IMG/VR virus record: IMGVR_UViG_3300020417_001379
Coordinates: 5,021 to 69,020 of that record
Origin: a virus
DNA: 64,000 nt
Direction: 5' to 3' (one strand)
Shown here: positions 30,033 through 39,596 of the stretch, in pieces
How positions within the stretch are numbered: position 1 is the first letter of the stretch
Layout: each line of letters begins with the position of its first letter
Made by a program: the position numbers and the translations under genes
Notes under the pieces: model-generated
Told to the model about the DNA's origin: nothing
The model's database searches: none
What the model saw: only the letters and a program-made list of their open reading frames with translations

Positions 30033-31324
30033 TCTATACCACCTGTCCCTATTCTACAAAGCATACCTTTACGCCCTCGCCTACTCGTCTCCGGCTCATA
30101 CTCCTTATACCAAGACTGTCCTTCAAGGTTTTCTATCAGCCAACGCTTTGCGCTTTGGTAATCTCCTTGTGTAATCATACGAGAAATCTCCTTCAACAAT
30201 TGACTCTTAGGTAGGTCTTGCTTCCAAAAGGTAGAGCGTATCAATTCAAGGTCAGCATCCATAACTCTTCTTCTCTGCTTGAGAGAGAAGTTAAGTATCT
30301 CTTCTAAAGTATCGTCCATAGTAATCAGTAGCGGTTGTCCGCCTCTGTATGTGGGTTGCATCATGTGGTATCCTATCGCAAGCCTGCGGAACAGGTCTGC
30401 CTCGTAGGAACGAACATCGGGTCTGTTTATCCATTCGCCTATCTCGTCATCAAATATAATGCCTGTTGGTGGGTTGGCTACTGCCGTCTCCATCCTGTTC
30501 TTTAACCATTGTTTTATTTCAAAAGCCAACGAAGCCAATTGTGTTCTCTCTTCTACGGTCATGTTTGACTGTTGGTGTTGAGCCTTTTTGTATAGCAATT
30601 CTTTTTCGGGAGTCATTTCAATGTCTATAATAAAGAATCTACGGTCAAGTCCCGAATCCAATTCAAACCTCGCAGGCTGTGTTCCTGCCCATACTGTGTA
30701 GCGGGTAGTGTATCTAACCCACCCGTTGCGTAGAGCCTTCTGCACCCTGCCGTTATCAAGAGAAGTTAGCAATTGGTTTTTCATATCCATGCTGTGGTCT
30801 TTCTTTGACGCATCAGACATACTACTAAACTCTTCAAAGCCTAAGAATCCGCCACACATCTCACGAGCAATCGGTCTGCCCGCTATGTTACCTTCTTCAT
30901 CTACTGAACCAAACATACCTGCTTCTGTTACAGAGTTAGCACCCATCATGGTTTTCATACCCTGTCCCATGTCTTCGTTTTGGTTGTGTAGTAATCCCGT
31001 TCCTTCGGCAAGGAATAACAAAATCAAAATTGACTTACCGCTACCCTTCTGCCCTCTCAACATAAGGTGAATCCTTGTGTCCGGTAATTGGGACATAGGA
31101 GTATAGAACGGCATATTGTTATGTCTTAGCGGGCAATTAGGAATAGTGAAGTCGTGGTCTTCATCTACCAATGGGCTGTCGGGGTCGAAGTCGCAACGGC
31201 TACACTTGTTAAGAGCGTTGAATACATGGCTACCTATACTACATAGGAATATAGGTAATTTATCTTCCACATCTACATAGTAATTTCTTCGTGCAAATTC
31301 TTTAACGGTTGTAAATATATTCAT
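30029..31324 (-). CDS. mcm: MCM-like AAA+ helicase (short N-terminus)
   Basis: HLMLRGQKGSGKS, SVTEAGMFG, GGFLGFEEF, LDRRF arginine finger. Confidence 0.8.
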   Translation of the reverse strand: MNIFTTVKEFARRNYYVDVEDKLPIFLCSIGSHVFNALNKCSRCDFDPDSPLVDEDHDFTIPNCPLRHNNMPFYTPMSQLPDTRIHLMLRGQKGSGKSILILLFLAEGTGLLHNQNEDMGQGMKTMMGANSVTEAGMFGSVDEEGNIAGRPIAREMCGGFLGFEEFSSMSDASKKDHSMDMKNQLLTSLDNGRVQKALRNGWVRYTTRYTVWAGTQPARFELDSGLDRRFFIIDIEMTPEKELLYKKAQHQQSNMTVEERTQLASLAFEIKQWLKNRMETAVANPPTGIIFDDEIGEWINRPDVRSYEADLFRRLAIGYHMMQPTYRGGQPLLITMDDTLEEILNFSLKQRRRVMDADLELIRSTFWKQDLPKSQLLKEISRMITQGDYQSAKRWLIENLEGQSWYKEYEPETSRRGRKGMLCRIGTGGIE

Positions 31325-32223
31325 GGTATGAAGTCTCCCTTGTCTGTGCTGTCTGTGTTAAAGCCATCCTTATTAAACCCATCGGGGGAGAATACTTCGG
31401 TAGCATCAACATAGGTCATGTCTTTTAACTGCGACAATTTCATAGTCAATTCCTCTAATGCTTCCTCGTCATGCAAAAGCCCATACTTTTCTTCCATGTG
31501 CCTTAACATTGTATCTGCTGTATCGCTATCCATAAAGTCTGTGCTTATCGCACCCATCACCACTTCTGAGAAGCGGGGCGTGTTAGCACAGAAGGTAGCG
31601 AATACATCACACCATATCCAAACATTGGGTGCTACCGCGAAGTCATCTCTTGTCTCTACTGTATTATCACCGTAATATTTATCCACTTCCTCAGTCAATC
31701 TAAGGAAGTCGTATTCTACAATGTGTCCGTGTCCTACTTCTCCGAAGTCCTCAAACTCCCTATGGAATCTAAAGAGGTTCGCTGTAAGGTAAGTCATTCT
31801 ATTTACGCCCACATCATTTAGTAGCATTACTATATCCCTTACAATAGGGTAGGTGTAAAGCCAAACCATAGGGTTAGCGTTGGGTCTCATCGTAGGCTCT
31901 ACGGGGTAGAGCGAAGGAATCCTAAGTATGAATGTCCTATCTCCATTTTTATTATAGACCTCATACAACCTATACTCCGGCCAAAACGGAGACGGAATAT
32001 AATTCACACCGCCTACCGACATTAGGTTGGAATATATTTTAGCAATCGGCTCTTGCTGTCCTATCAACGCCTGTCCTGCAAGAGCGGTAGCGTAGCCGTG
32101 TTCCTGTTGGTGGTAAATTACCAAGTGGGTATTCTTTTTTTCGGGCTTCTCTCCCGTCCAAGCAATATCCACATTCATTCTACTTTCTATAACGCCTATA
32201 ATACTCCCCCCTGTCTTACCCAT
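31321..32223 (-). CDS. PAC2/PbaA-B-like (proteasome assembly chaperone family) protein
   Basis: GYATALAGQALI...IYS...LLNDVGVNRMTYL...D.DTA..ML..MEEKYGL..D.EALEE pattern. Confidence 0.55.
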   Translation of the reverse strand: MGKTGGSIIGVIESRMNVDIAWTGEKPEKKNTHLVIYHQQEHGYATALAGQALIGQQEPIAKIYSNLMSVGGVNYIPSPFWPEYRLYEVYNKNGDRTFILRIPSLYPVEPTMRPNANPMVWLYTYPIVRDIVMLLNDVGVNRMTYLTANLFRFHREFEDFGEVGHGHIVEYDFLRLTEEVDKYYGDNTVETRDDFAVAPNVWIWCDVFATFCANTPRFSEVVMGAISTDFMDSDTADTMLRHMEEKYGLLHDEEALEELTMKLSQLKDMTYVDATEVFSPDGFNKDGFNTDSTDKGDFIP

Positions 32224-32591
32224 TCTTCCTTAGCAAACTTAGGTAAAGCCTGCGGTGAAAGAATAGTATGTTTGTAAGAAAGCATCTTGGCTATCTGCTC
32301 TTTAACATCTACAATATCATATACAAACACGGTGGTTGAACCGCCATACCCAAGAGACTTCATTTTTTCTTCCCCTACCTTCTCAAAAAACTTAGATTTT
32401 TTCAAACATTGAGCGACTTGATTAATCGTGTATGTGTTATAGGTCTTAGTCCCTTTCATCTCATTCATCCTTTCGCATATCTCTCTTGTAGTCAATGCGT
32501 CTCCATTGTCCTGTATTATCTTGTAGGCGTTTTCTTGTAACCGCCTACTGCCTGTCGTCTTAGCCATATATCTCACAATCCCTTTCCGCAT
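32196..32591 (-). CDS. winged-helix DNA-binding protein
   Basis: LTTREICERM...TINQVAQCLKK..FFEKVG. Confidence 0.7.
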   Translation of the reverse strand: MRKGIVRYMAKTTGSRRLQENAYKIIQDNGDALTTREICERMNEMKGTKTYNTYTINQVAQCLKKSKFFEKVGEEKMKSLGYGGSTTVFVYDIVDVKEQIAKMLSYKHTILSPQALPKFAKEEWVRQGGVL

Positions 32592-32746
32592 TTAATTCTT
32601 TTTAATTCATCCACACAAGCAGAAATAATAAATCGCATTACTGCAAGCCTGCGTGTTTATTTTTTTTATTTCTTCAATGGTATGTTAGAGACTTTCCCTT
32701 TAACCTAAACTACTATTGAAATAATTGAAGAATTAATCAAAACGCT

Positions 32747-33574
32747 TTACTGCTCCCCTGTTTTTCTTTTTTCGTTGTAGTCCGTGAATTGAAAGAATTG
32801 CTTTCCCCAAGCAATTTCCAATGCGTCTCTTTCTTTAGGGAGCATTTTTTGTGTGCATCTTACGCCTGTTACCTTACCGTTAGCACCCCTTCTCGCTGAA
32901 TAATTCGTAGCCAACATTACTGTTGCGAACACTTCCTGTAACTTAGCGTCCTCTATCATTGTAATAAGCCCCTTAATCAGTATAGGTTTGCACACTTGCA
33001 CATACAAGCCCTCACCTATTTTTATTTTACCGCTTATTTTTACATGAAAATTAGGTGCTGAATGAAGACTTATGAACACTCTACCATTCTCGTGTGCAAG
33101 TATCTCATAATAAACTGCGTGTCTATCTACCCAAGTGCGGGCAATAGTGCCTAAACCCTCTACTATGGGTCTTGCATCTACAATTCCCTTCACAGGTAAG
33201 GCAGGGTGGTCTTCTACCTTAACAATCTCCGCAGTCGTTAGGTAAGAGGTAGTATCAATCGGTAAGCAATGCTTAGTATATACTACTACTGCCTTTTCTT
33301 CATCGTTAAAATACTCACTAACAATTCCTTTCATCGGCAAGCCTGCGTCCCATAGGGAAGCATACTCTCTATACTTCAACGCCCTGTCCCAAACATGAAT
33401 TATATCATACATTATCTTGTGGTCTCTCACAATCAATCTTTTATTTTTAGTCTCTAAAATAACATAGGGCTTCTTAATTAACTTCCTTGTTTTTTCGCTA
33501 CGAGAAAATGGAGTCGCACTAATTACTTTAATATCTTTAAAGGCTAAAGTCATTGCTTCCATGCTTTCCACCAA
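32747..33574 (-). CDS. hypothetical protein
   Basis: 275 aa ORF. Confidence 0.65.
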   Translation of the reverse strand: MVESMEAMTLAFKDIKVISATPFSRSEKTRKLIKKPYVILETKNKRLIVRDHKIMYDIIHVWDRALKYREYASLWDAGLPMKGIVSEYFNDEEKAVVVYTKHCLPIDTTSYLTTAEIVKVEDHPALPVKGIVDARPIVEGLGTIARTWVDRHAVYYEILAHENGRVFISLHSAPNFHVKISGKIKIGEGLYVQVCKPILIKGLITMIEDAKLQEVFATVMLATNYSARRGANGKVTGVRCTQKMLPKERDALEIAWGKQFFQFTDYNEKRKTGEQ

Positions 33575-33741
33575 TCCTCATTCTCTACCTTATCATTCCT
33601 AACCCAAGCACTATACGCCTTCATGGTCTTGTAATAATCGTCTCTCAACGCAAAGGTGTATTTGGTTGGTGCTTTAACACCAAACCACTTGTATGCCCTG
33701 CGTAGTATCTCTTCTGCATTCATTGTTTCTTCTTCACTCAT
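33550..33741 (-). CDS. hypothetical protein
   Basis: 63 aa ORF overlapping its neighbours. Confidence 0.55.
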   Translation of the reverse strand: MSEEETMNAEEILRRAYKWFGVKAPTKYTFALRDDYYKTMKAYSAWVRNDKVENEDWWKAWKQ

Positions 33742-34027
33742 TTTCCTTCCCTTCTATCCAATTACTATAATCAGTAAAACTATTCATCTTGTATATTTTT
33801 ACTTCTTGTTTAGTCGTCTCACATTCTCTCGCCTCAATCTCGGACTCAATACCCTTAGCACCACGCATTAACTGTGCTACCTTTATCGGGTTAGCCTGCA
33901 CCGTTCTTCTCTCTCTATTGTTTAGCGCTTCTGCTATCTCATTAGCCGACATACCGACCATCCTATCTCTAAGAATATGGCCGACTGCTCGCCTTGTCCG
34001 TATAAACCTCTTACCTCTACTCTTCAT
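33734..34027 (-). CDS. winged-helix DNA-binding protein
   Basis: MSANEIAEAL...NPIKVAQLMR. Confidence 0.6.
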   Translation of the reverse strand: MKSRGKRFIRTRRAVGHILRDRMVGMSANEIAEALNNRERRTVQANPIKVAQLMRGAKGIESEIEARECETTKQEVKIYKMNSFTDYSNWIEGKENE

Positions 34028-34061
34028 AAAATCACCATGCGTTGAACCTTAATAAAACCTT

Positions 34062-34301
34062 CTACAACAATGGGAAATCATTGTCGTCTCTCGGCGCTTC
34101 TTCATTTAACGGTTGTAATAATGGTAGTAACGACAAGAGCCGTTCTACATATACGCTCGCGTCCATCAATTCTTCCTGCAAATGTATAAGCCACTCTTCG
34201 TTGGTTAGGTCTTCCCTCTCCATAGTTACTCCATACTTCTTTTTACCTGTCTCTGCTCGTGCCTGTATTTTAGCACATACTTTATCCTCTATTTTACTCA
34301 T
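34062..34301 (-). CDS. MazG-like all-alpha NTP pyrophosphohydrolase-type protein
   Basis: R.E.GKKKYGVT...WL.HLQEELMDA.VY motif; ATG at 34301. Confidence 0.65.
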   Translation of the reverse strand: MSKIEDKVCAKIQARAETGKKKYGVTMEREDLTNEEWLIHLQEELMDASVYVERLLSLLPLLQPLNEEAPRDDNDFPLL

Positions 34302-34377
34302 TTTTATTCCACCTGTCTCTCCAACAACCGCAGTATCTATCGTTATATGCCCCGCATAATAAACATTTTTCGGGCAC

Positions 34378-34701
34378 TTACTCACCCCAAGAATCTTCAT
34401 CAATGTCTAAGCCACCTGTATGCTCAAACTCCTTCCTTAGAAGGTCTAATACTTGTGTGTATGGGACTCTACCGTATGCTTCTCTTTCGCAATGGTCGCA
34501 CTTAATTTCTATAACCGCTAAAGGAATCTCCATCTTTTTTCCGTTCTTGTAACTCTCAACATCTACTATACCGGCATCTGTTATGCTCCATTCTTCGTGC
34601 TTACAATTCCAATACGCTTCCTCTGCGAGAGCGTCATACGCCTCGTCTGCTCGGTATTCGTCCCGTATATCTGCTTCGTAATCTTCTCTACTGTAACTCA
34701 T
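34378..34701 (-). CDS. acidic hypothetical protein with Zn ligands
   Basis: CKH...CDHC. Confidence 0.55.
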   Translation of the reverse strand: MSYSREDYEADIRDEYRADEAYDALAEEAYWNCKHEEWSITDAGIVDVESYKNGKKMEIPLAVIEIKCDHCEREAYGRVPYTQVLDLLRKEFEHTGGLDIDEDSWGE

Positions 34702-35094
34702 TCAATCACTTTCCTTTTGTTATATTCTTTTAATACTTCAAGGTGGTTTTCAGCCAACCAACATACCAAATCTACCAATTTATCTTGACTCACTCTACAA
34801 TCACCGCTATTTGTCTTAGCACATATTGTAGTGCCTCACACCAACCCTCGCAATTGTGCATATCGGGGTCGTTAAACATTGGGTCATACGCCTCAAGGTT
34901 CTTCTTCTCTTGCTCAAGTGTGGCCTCTATTTCTTCTACTAATACTCCTATCTTATTCATTGTATCACCAATCCTATACCTACGCATACTATCGCAAAGA
35001 ATAGTAGCGCAATGGTTTGCACCCAATCCATCATGTCGTCTTTTCTTTCTTCTATTAATTCTTCTATGCTTTCTTTTATCATCTTTTTTACCCC

Positions 35095-35403
35095 CTAAAA
35101 ATCACTTAGGAATAGTCCCCGCCTCTGCTGTATCATAGGAACAGGTGTAGGCTTATGAACCTTTGGTCTCGGCTTACTCAAGTCCGGCATCATTACCTCT
35201 CCTTTCTCTAAGCATCGTGGGCAAGCCTTGACTTCATGCAATAATTTTTCATCAGTCATATACTTGTTAGGCCACGACCCCCCTTCCTTTCCTGTGCATT
35301 CTTTAACCGTTATACTTTTTTGGTAATCTCCCTTTCCTACAATCTTTGTCTTCCATCTGTGGAACATAGGAACGCCTTGAATAACATCGTCATTCTCCTT
35401 CAT
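35095..35403 (-). CDS. hypothetical protein
   Basis: 102 aa; H...C...CPRC. Confidence 0.55.
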   Translation of the reverse strand: MKENDDVIQGVPMFHRWKTKIVGKGDYQKSITVKECTGKEGGSWPNKYMTDEKLLHEVKACPRCLEKGEVMMPDLSKPRPKVHKPTPVPMIQQRRGLFLSDF

Positions 35404-35627
35404 TGCTTCACCTCGTAGTCGGGGTGGTCTTCCGGTAGCCTGTGCTTCCTTCGGTCAATGAGGTTCTGTATCAATTGCTTGGCGGACTTAGCACCCTTGT
35501 TGAATCTCTCTTCTGCGTGCTTGTCTCCTACCGGACACATATTTTCTTTAACCTCTAAAATATCTATCTCATTCATAACATGAAGGAATATCTCGTATTC
35601 CACATGAGGTATAGTCTTCGCTCTCAT
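35400..35627 (-). CDS. hypothetical protein
   Basis: MRAKTIPHVEYE... start overlaps the glycosylase stop. Confidence 0.55.
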   Translation of the reverse strand: MRAKTIPHVEYEIFLHVMNEIDILEVKENMCPVGDKHAEERFNKGAKSAKQLIQNLIDRRKHRLPEDHPDYEVKQ

Positions 35628-36160
35628 TCGCCACACCACCATGTAGGCGTAGGTCTGCCTTCCCATGACGCAAACTCCTTGCTGTGGTAGTAGCGTCTGT
35701 ATGCTTGCACCGCTACATTACCGCTTGCGTGCGTATCGCCTCTATAATTCGACTTGTAGTAATTAGGTCTATACTCATCGGGCATAGCAAGAGCAAACGG
35801 TGTAAGGTCGCCTTCGGGTATGAGGTCAGCCATCTTATCTAAGTGGCGAATACCTGCCTCGCAAAAGTGAGTCTTGCCGTATTTTTTACTATACTCGTAA
35901 CATAACGCTTGGCCGTGTGTAACAGCCCATAGAAAGTTAGTGCGTGAATCGCCAACCCAACGGGTGCAAGGGTGGTTGTGGTAGCCACCTTTTAGTGGTG
36001 TGCCCTTCTTAGTAAGAGGCATCATGTCGGGTGTAGCGCCGTGTCTAATCACAGCCGAACCACACATCTGCAATAACTCCACGCACATTTTAGGCAGGTG
36101 CTTATTGCAGTAGTCTTTGGCGCTTGCTATTGGGCTTTCCTGTAATACAAATATGTTCAT
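35624..36160 (-). CDS. pyrimidine-dimer DNA glycosylase-like (DenV/Pyr_excise family)
   Basis: MNIFVL...CNKHLPKM.VE..QM, HNHPCTRWV, FALAMP, AYRRYY. Confidence 0.8.
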   Translation of the reverse strand: MNIFVLQESPIASAKDYCNKHLPKMCVELLQMCGSAVIRHGATPDMMPLTKKGTPLKGGYHNHPCTRWVGDSRTNFLWAVTHGQALCYEYSKKYGKTHFCEAGIRHLDKMADLIPEGDLTPFALAMPDEYRPNYYKSNYRGDTHASGNVAVQAYRRYYHSKEFASWEGRPTPTWWCGE

Positions 36161-36187
36161 ACAAATTACTCCACTAAGCCTGTGCTA

Positions 36188-36430
36188 TTAAACCTGTTGG
36201 TCTCGACCACGCAAGCAATCTTCCTTTGTTACTTCCATCACATTCTGAGCAAACGAAGTGCTTAACCATACGGCTACCACCTCACTCAGCATTTCCGGTG
36301 TCTCGGTCAAGGTGAAATGCAAGTCCCACAGCAGTAATCCTACTGCCTCGCCCATTTCGCCTATTTGTTTATCCATTCTCTCAACGAGGCTTTCAAGCCT
36401 CGCAAGAGTCGTCTCTGTCTCTGTATCCAT
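36188..36430 (-). CDS. hypothetical protein
   Basis: 80 aa ORF. Confidence 0.5.
   Translation of the reverse strand: MDTETETTLARLESLVERMDKQIGEMGEAVGLLLWDLHFTLTETPEMLSEVVAVWLSTSFAQNVMEVTKEDCLRGRDQQV
36204..36217 (-). promoter_or_regulatory. upstream motif TGCTTGCGTGGTCG (also 38812, 39401, 40636, 41439; variant 40697)
   Basis: Identical 14-mer about 10-11 nt upstream of TATA boxes of minus-strand genes. Confidence 0.7.
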
Positions 36431-36488
36431 AGATGAGTAGCGGGTATCGCTACATCAATTTCTTCCCATACTTTACCGGCTATAATAA

Positions 36489-36707
36489 TCACTTCCTTTC
36501 ATCGTATGGGCTGAATACTAACTTCAAATTGTTAAGTGTGCTTTCGTCATAATCTATAACGGTAAAAATAGTGCCCGACTTCAAATGGACTTCCAATGTT
36601 CCGTCTTCGGTCTCGACAATACCGGACACATCTCTCCTGTCTATCCACGCAACGCCCGTAGCGGTGCGTAGAGGCATAGTCCAATAGTCGTATTTCCTCT
36701 CGCTCAT
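36489..36707 (-). CDS. hypothetical protein
   Basis: MSERKYDYW...; downstream of promoter motif at 36722. Confidence 0.55.
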   Translation of the reverse strand: MSERKYDYWTMPLRTATGVAWIDRRDVSGIVETEDGTLEVHLKSGTIFTVIDYDESTLNNLKLVFSPYDERK

Positions 36708-36738
36708 GTATTCTACTCTTCCTGTCCGCATATAAATC

Positions 36739-38373
36739 TCACTCTTCTTCATCACTCATAAAGGCAGTAGCAACACTACCCATTACTTTACCCATAGTAA
36801 TATTCCACTTTGCGTTTGTTAGTATCATTGTAGCCTTCAAATTAGACACCGCTTGCTCCGTCTCTAAGACCCATGTTGTTAGGTCTTCAAGTGTAGGTAT
36901 GTTAGCCAATGCTTCTGCTTGCATTTTTACACACTCCGCTTCTATCTTCTCGTCATCCCACATTATAGCATCAGTATCATGGGTGCTTCGGTTGCATCCA
37001 TTCTTAATGTAGTAAGCCATACCCCAATAGTCTCTATTATCATGGTCTTCGTTTTCGTTGCTTAGGTAGTCCCTTGCTAAGTCGTAAGCCTTCTCGTTCT
37101 TGACCGCCACTCTAATGTTTTCAATGTCTTCCAACCATTCTTTAACGGCTATAATATCTTCCATTCCAAACCTTGTTAGTGCCCTGTCTAAACTCCAAGT
37201 CAAACTGTGGCCGAATGCTTCCGGTATCCAATCGTGGTTATACCTTTTTTTACTTAGGTTTAACATATATTCTATGTTTCTCCTTACCATACTGTGGTAA
37301 TCAGTCGGACTCCTTATGCTTGAGACTCTACCCTCAGCCTCTTGGAATGCCTTTCTGTAATCCTCGTAAGGTGTGTAAAGAACATCACTTACGCTCATGC
37401 CGTTTATGTTGAAGTATTCTCCGTCCTTTCTTGTGCATAGGAATTGCTTAAACACTTCTTTTTGCGCAGGCTTTGTTAGCATTTTAGTCAAGTAAAAAGA
37501 GCGAATTACTTTATCCGTTAAATAACTTGAATTGTTTTTCATGTCCTTCAAATTACTCTCTATACTTTCTTTAGCATTCTCAACATTCTTTTTAGCCCTA
37601 AACAAAGTCAAAGTCTTGTTGTATCCTTCACTCCAAATCTCTTGCTTGTTTTGGTTTGCCTTCCACTCATTGTATAGAGGTCTCATGCTCTCATAGAAAG
37701 CCTCGTTTGCTATAATTGCGTTGCTTCTCATGTTGTATGCTTGGTCGCTACTCGTGCTTGGGTTTAGCCTCGCTACCCATCTGTTACTCTCTGTGTGGGC
37801 ATCGTTTTGGTTGTTGTGCGTAATCATCAAACCGCCACGCTTGAAGGCATAGTAGAGGTTATCAAACATTCTCATACCCCAATGGTTGCCGTAACCGCCG
37901 AAGTCGTTTTCAAACTTCTTTAGTGTAATCCATCCCCCATAGTCATTCCACGCATTCATTCGCTTCATTTTATAGTATAGGTCTCCTGCTCCGCTCGACT
38001 TCTTCCTTACGCTTTGTCTGTCGGTGCTTGAGTAGTCGTTAGTCTTGAGGTCGTAAGCATAGACTAAAGCATCCCATCTATCAGTCTCTACCCACTTTTT
38101 ACCTACCCACTTGTAGTAGGTATATCTCTCATCCATTAGTCTAATACTTGTGGACATTCTGTTTTTTCTGTCTTCCAAGTCTTCAATATTGTTTATTGTT
38201 TTAACACGGCCAACAGAATTGTAAGACAAGCCCGTAGAATACTGCGTGTATCCTTCTTCGTTTTCGTCTATTCCTTCTGCCTCTGTTCCGTTACGGACTC
38301 TCTTAATTAATTTAGTCGTTGTATATATTCCATTCTTTTCATTCATTCTTCTTCCTCTCCTTTCTTTCCCCAT
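36739..38373 (-). CDS. hypothetical protein (544 aa)
   Basis: Long ORF; no recognised motif. Confidence 0.75.
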   Translation of the reverse strand: MGKERRGRRMNEKNGIYTTTKLIKRVRNGTEAEGIDENEEGYTQYSTGLSYNSVGRVKTINNIEDLEDRKNRMSTSIRLMDERYTYYKWVGKKWVETDRWDALVYAYDLKTNDYSSTDRQSVRKKSSGAGDLYYKMKRMNAWNDYGGWITLKKFENDFGGYGNHWGMRMFDNLYYAFKRGGLMITHNNQNDAHTESNRWVARLNPSTSSDQAYNMRSNAIIANEAFYESMRPLYNEWKANQNKQEIWSEGYNKTLTLFRAKKNVENAKESIESNLKDMKNNSSYLTDKVIRSFYLTKMLTKPAQKEVFKQFLCTRKDGEYFNINGMSVSDVLYTPYEDYRKAFQEAEGRVSSIRSPTDYHSMVRRNIEYMLNLSKKRYNHDWIPEAFGHSLTWSLDRALTRFGMEDIIAVKEWLEDIENIRVAVKNEKAYDLARDYLSNENEDHDNRDYWGMAYYIKNGCNRSTHDTDAIMWDDEKIEAECVKMQAEALANIPTLEDLTTWVLETEQAVSNLKATMILTNAKWNITMGKVMGSVATAFMSDEEE

Positions 38374-38503
38374 GCTCTTAACCTGTATTCGTAGGCTTTT
38401 ACTGTATATGTTGGGTCGCTTTTCTTTAGGCGGTAAAGTCCTGCATCTGCGTGCCTCTTCCTCGCCTTATACTTGCTAAAGTATCTTGCCTTCTCTCCTT
38501 TAT

Positions 38504-38770
38504 TCATTCTTCCTCGCCTCTGCTCTTGTCGTAAATAACCGTAGTGTAGCCATCTGAAATATCTTTTACCATTATTTTTGGGTTAGCACCAAGTCTAATC
38601 CAATGGCTTCTATCACTCTCACTAAACCAATTTCTTTTTTCGGTTTCTACATCAACACCACGCCACAGAATAATACCTGTGTCGCCTATGTGTCTTTGGT
38701 CTATTACCATCGTTCTTCCGTTATGCTTGTTGGCGTATGTAACGCCCATCTCAAAGGTCTCTTTGCTCAT
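38504..38770 (-). CDS. hypothetical protein
   Basis: ATG at 38770 after GGAG and TATA. Confidence 0.6.
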   Translation of the reverse strand: MSKETFEMGVTYANKHNGRTMVIDQRHIGDTGIILWRGVDVETEKRNWFSESDRSHWIRLGANPKIMVKDISDGYTTVIYDKSRGEEE

Positions 38771-38826
38771 ATTATCGTCTCCTTGTCTGTTGTTTATAAT
38801 GCTTTTTACTGCGACCACGCAAGCAT

Positions 38827-38994
38827 TCAGCGTGCTACTGCTCCCCCGCCGTTGTCTCGGTTGCTATACTTAGTCAAGCATGGGTCGCATATCCACGCCG
38901 TCATCCTGTTAGCATTCATCACCATTCTCAGAGGCACTTTTTTGGCCTCGCAAATTGGGCAGTCGCCCAAACTAAATCTAATCGTATCATCCAT
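38827..38994 (-). CDS. small Zn-finger protein (55 aa)
   Basis: CPIC...CDPC; read manually. Confidence 0.5.
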   Translation of the reverse strand: MDDTIRFSLGDCPICEAKKVPLRMVMNANRMTAWICDPCLTKYSNRDNGGGAVAR

Positions 38995-39012
38995 TTTCTT
39001 TACCCCCTATAA

Positions 39013-39360
39013 TTAGTAGTCCCACTCGTCTTCGTCTTCGTCATCATTGAGTCCGAACATATCATAAATGTCTTCCTCGCTGTATCTCTCATCGTCTCTA
39101 ATCTCTAAGTGGTCTTCAATCTCTATACCATCTATTTGAGGCATAATGCCTTGCCGGTATTTCTCTTGTAGTAATTCCTCTGCCTCTCGGTTAGTAATCC
39201 TCTTGTGTGTGGAGTCTTCGTGTGGCCTTTGCACATTTGTAAAATGTTTTAATTCGGGGTCTTGCATTCCTCTACAAGTCGGGCATTGGTTAGCCCTGCT
39301 CGTAGGGGAATAAAACTTCTTGTAACATACTATGCAGTATCGGTTCGGTTCTTCGCTCAT
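39013..39360 (-). CDS. Zn-finger protein with acidic tail
   Basis: CIVC...CPTC; ATG at 39360. Confidence 0.6.
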   Translation of the reverse strand: MSEEPNRYCIVCYKKFYSPTSRANQCPTCRGMQDPELKHFTNVQRPHEDSTHKRITNREAEELLQEKYRQGIMPQIDGIEIEDHLEIRDDERYSEEDIYDMFGLNDDEDEDEWDY

Positions 39361-39414
39361 ATTTCTTCCTCTCATCTGTCTTATTTAAACGCAACGCTTC
39401 CGACCACGCAAGCA

Positions 39415-39580
39415 GGTGCGGGGTTGTGAAGGCAATATGAAAAAATGAACCCGACAATTTATTCTTGTCTTTCTCACAGGGCACATCTCCCTCACAACCC
39501 CGACTTTTTGAGGTGCAATGCACCCTGCGAGTCGTGATTGGTGGGGTGAGCAGGGGACAACCCCTACCCACCCCTTGCGT
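39415..39580 (-). ncRNA. candidate structured RNA element (hairpin + pseudoknot)
   Basis: 14-bp hairpin 39543-39574; stem 39474-39487/39517-39530; loop 39490-39502 complementary to 39419-39432. Confidence 0.5.
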
Positions 39581-39596
39581 TCTTTTACCGTTATAC

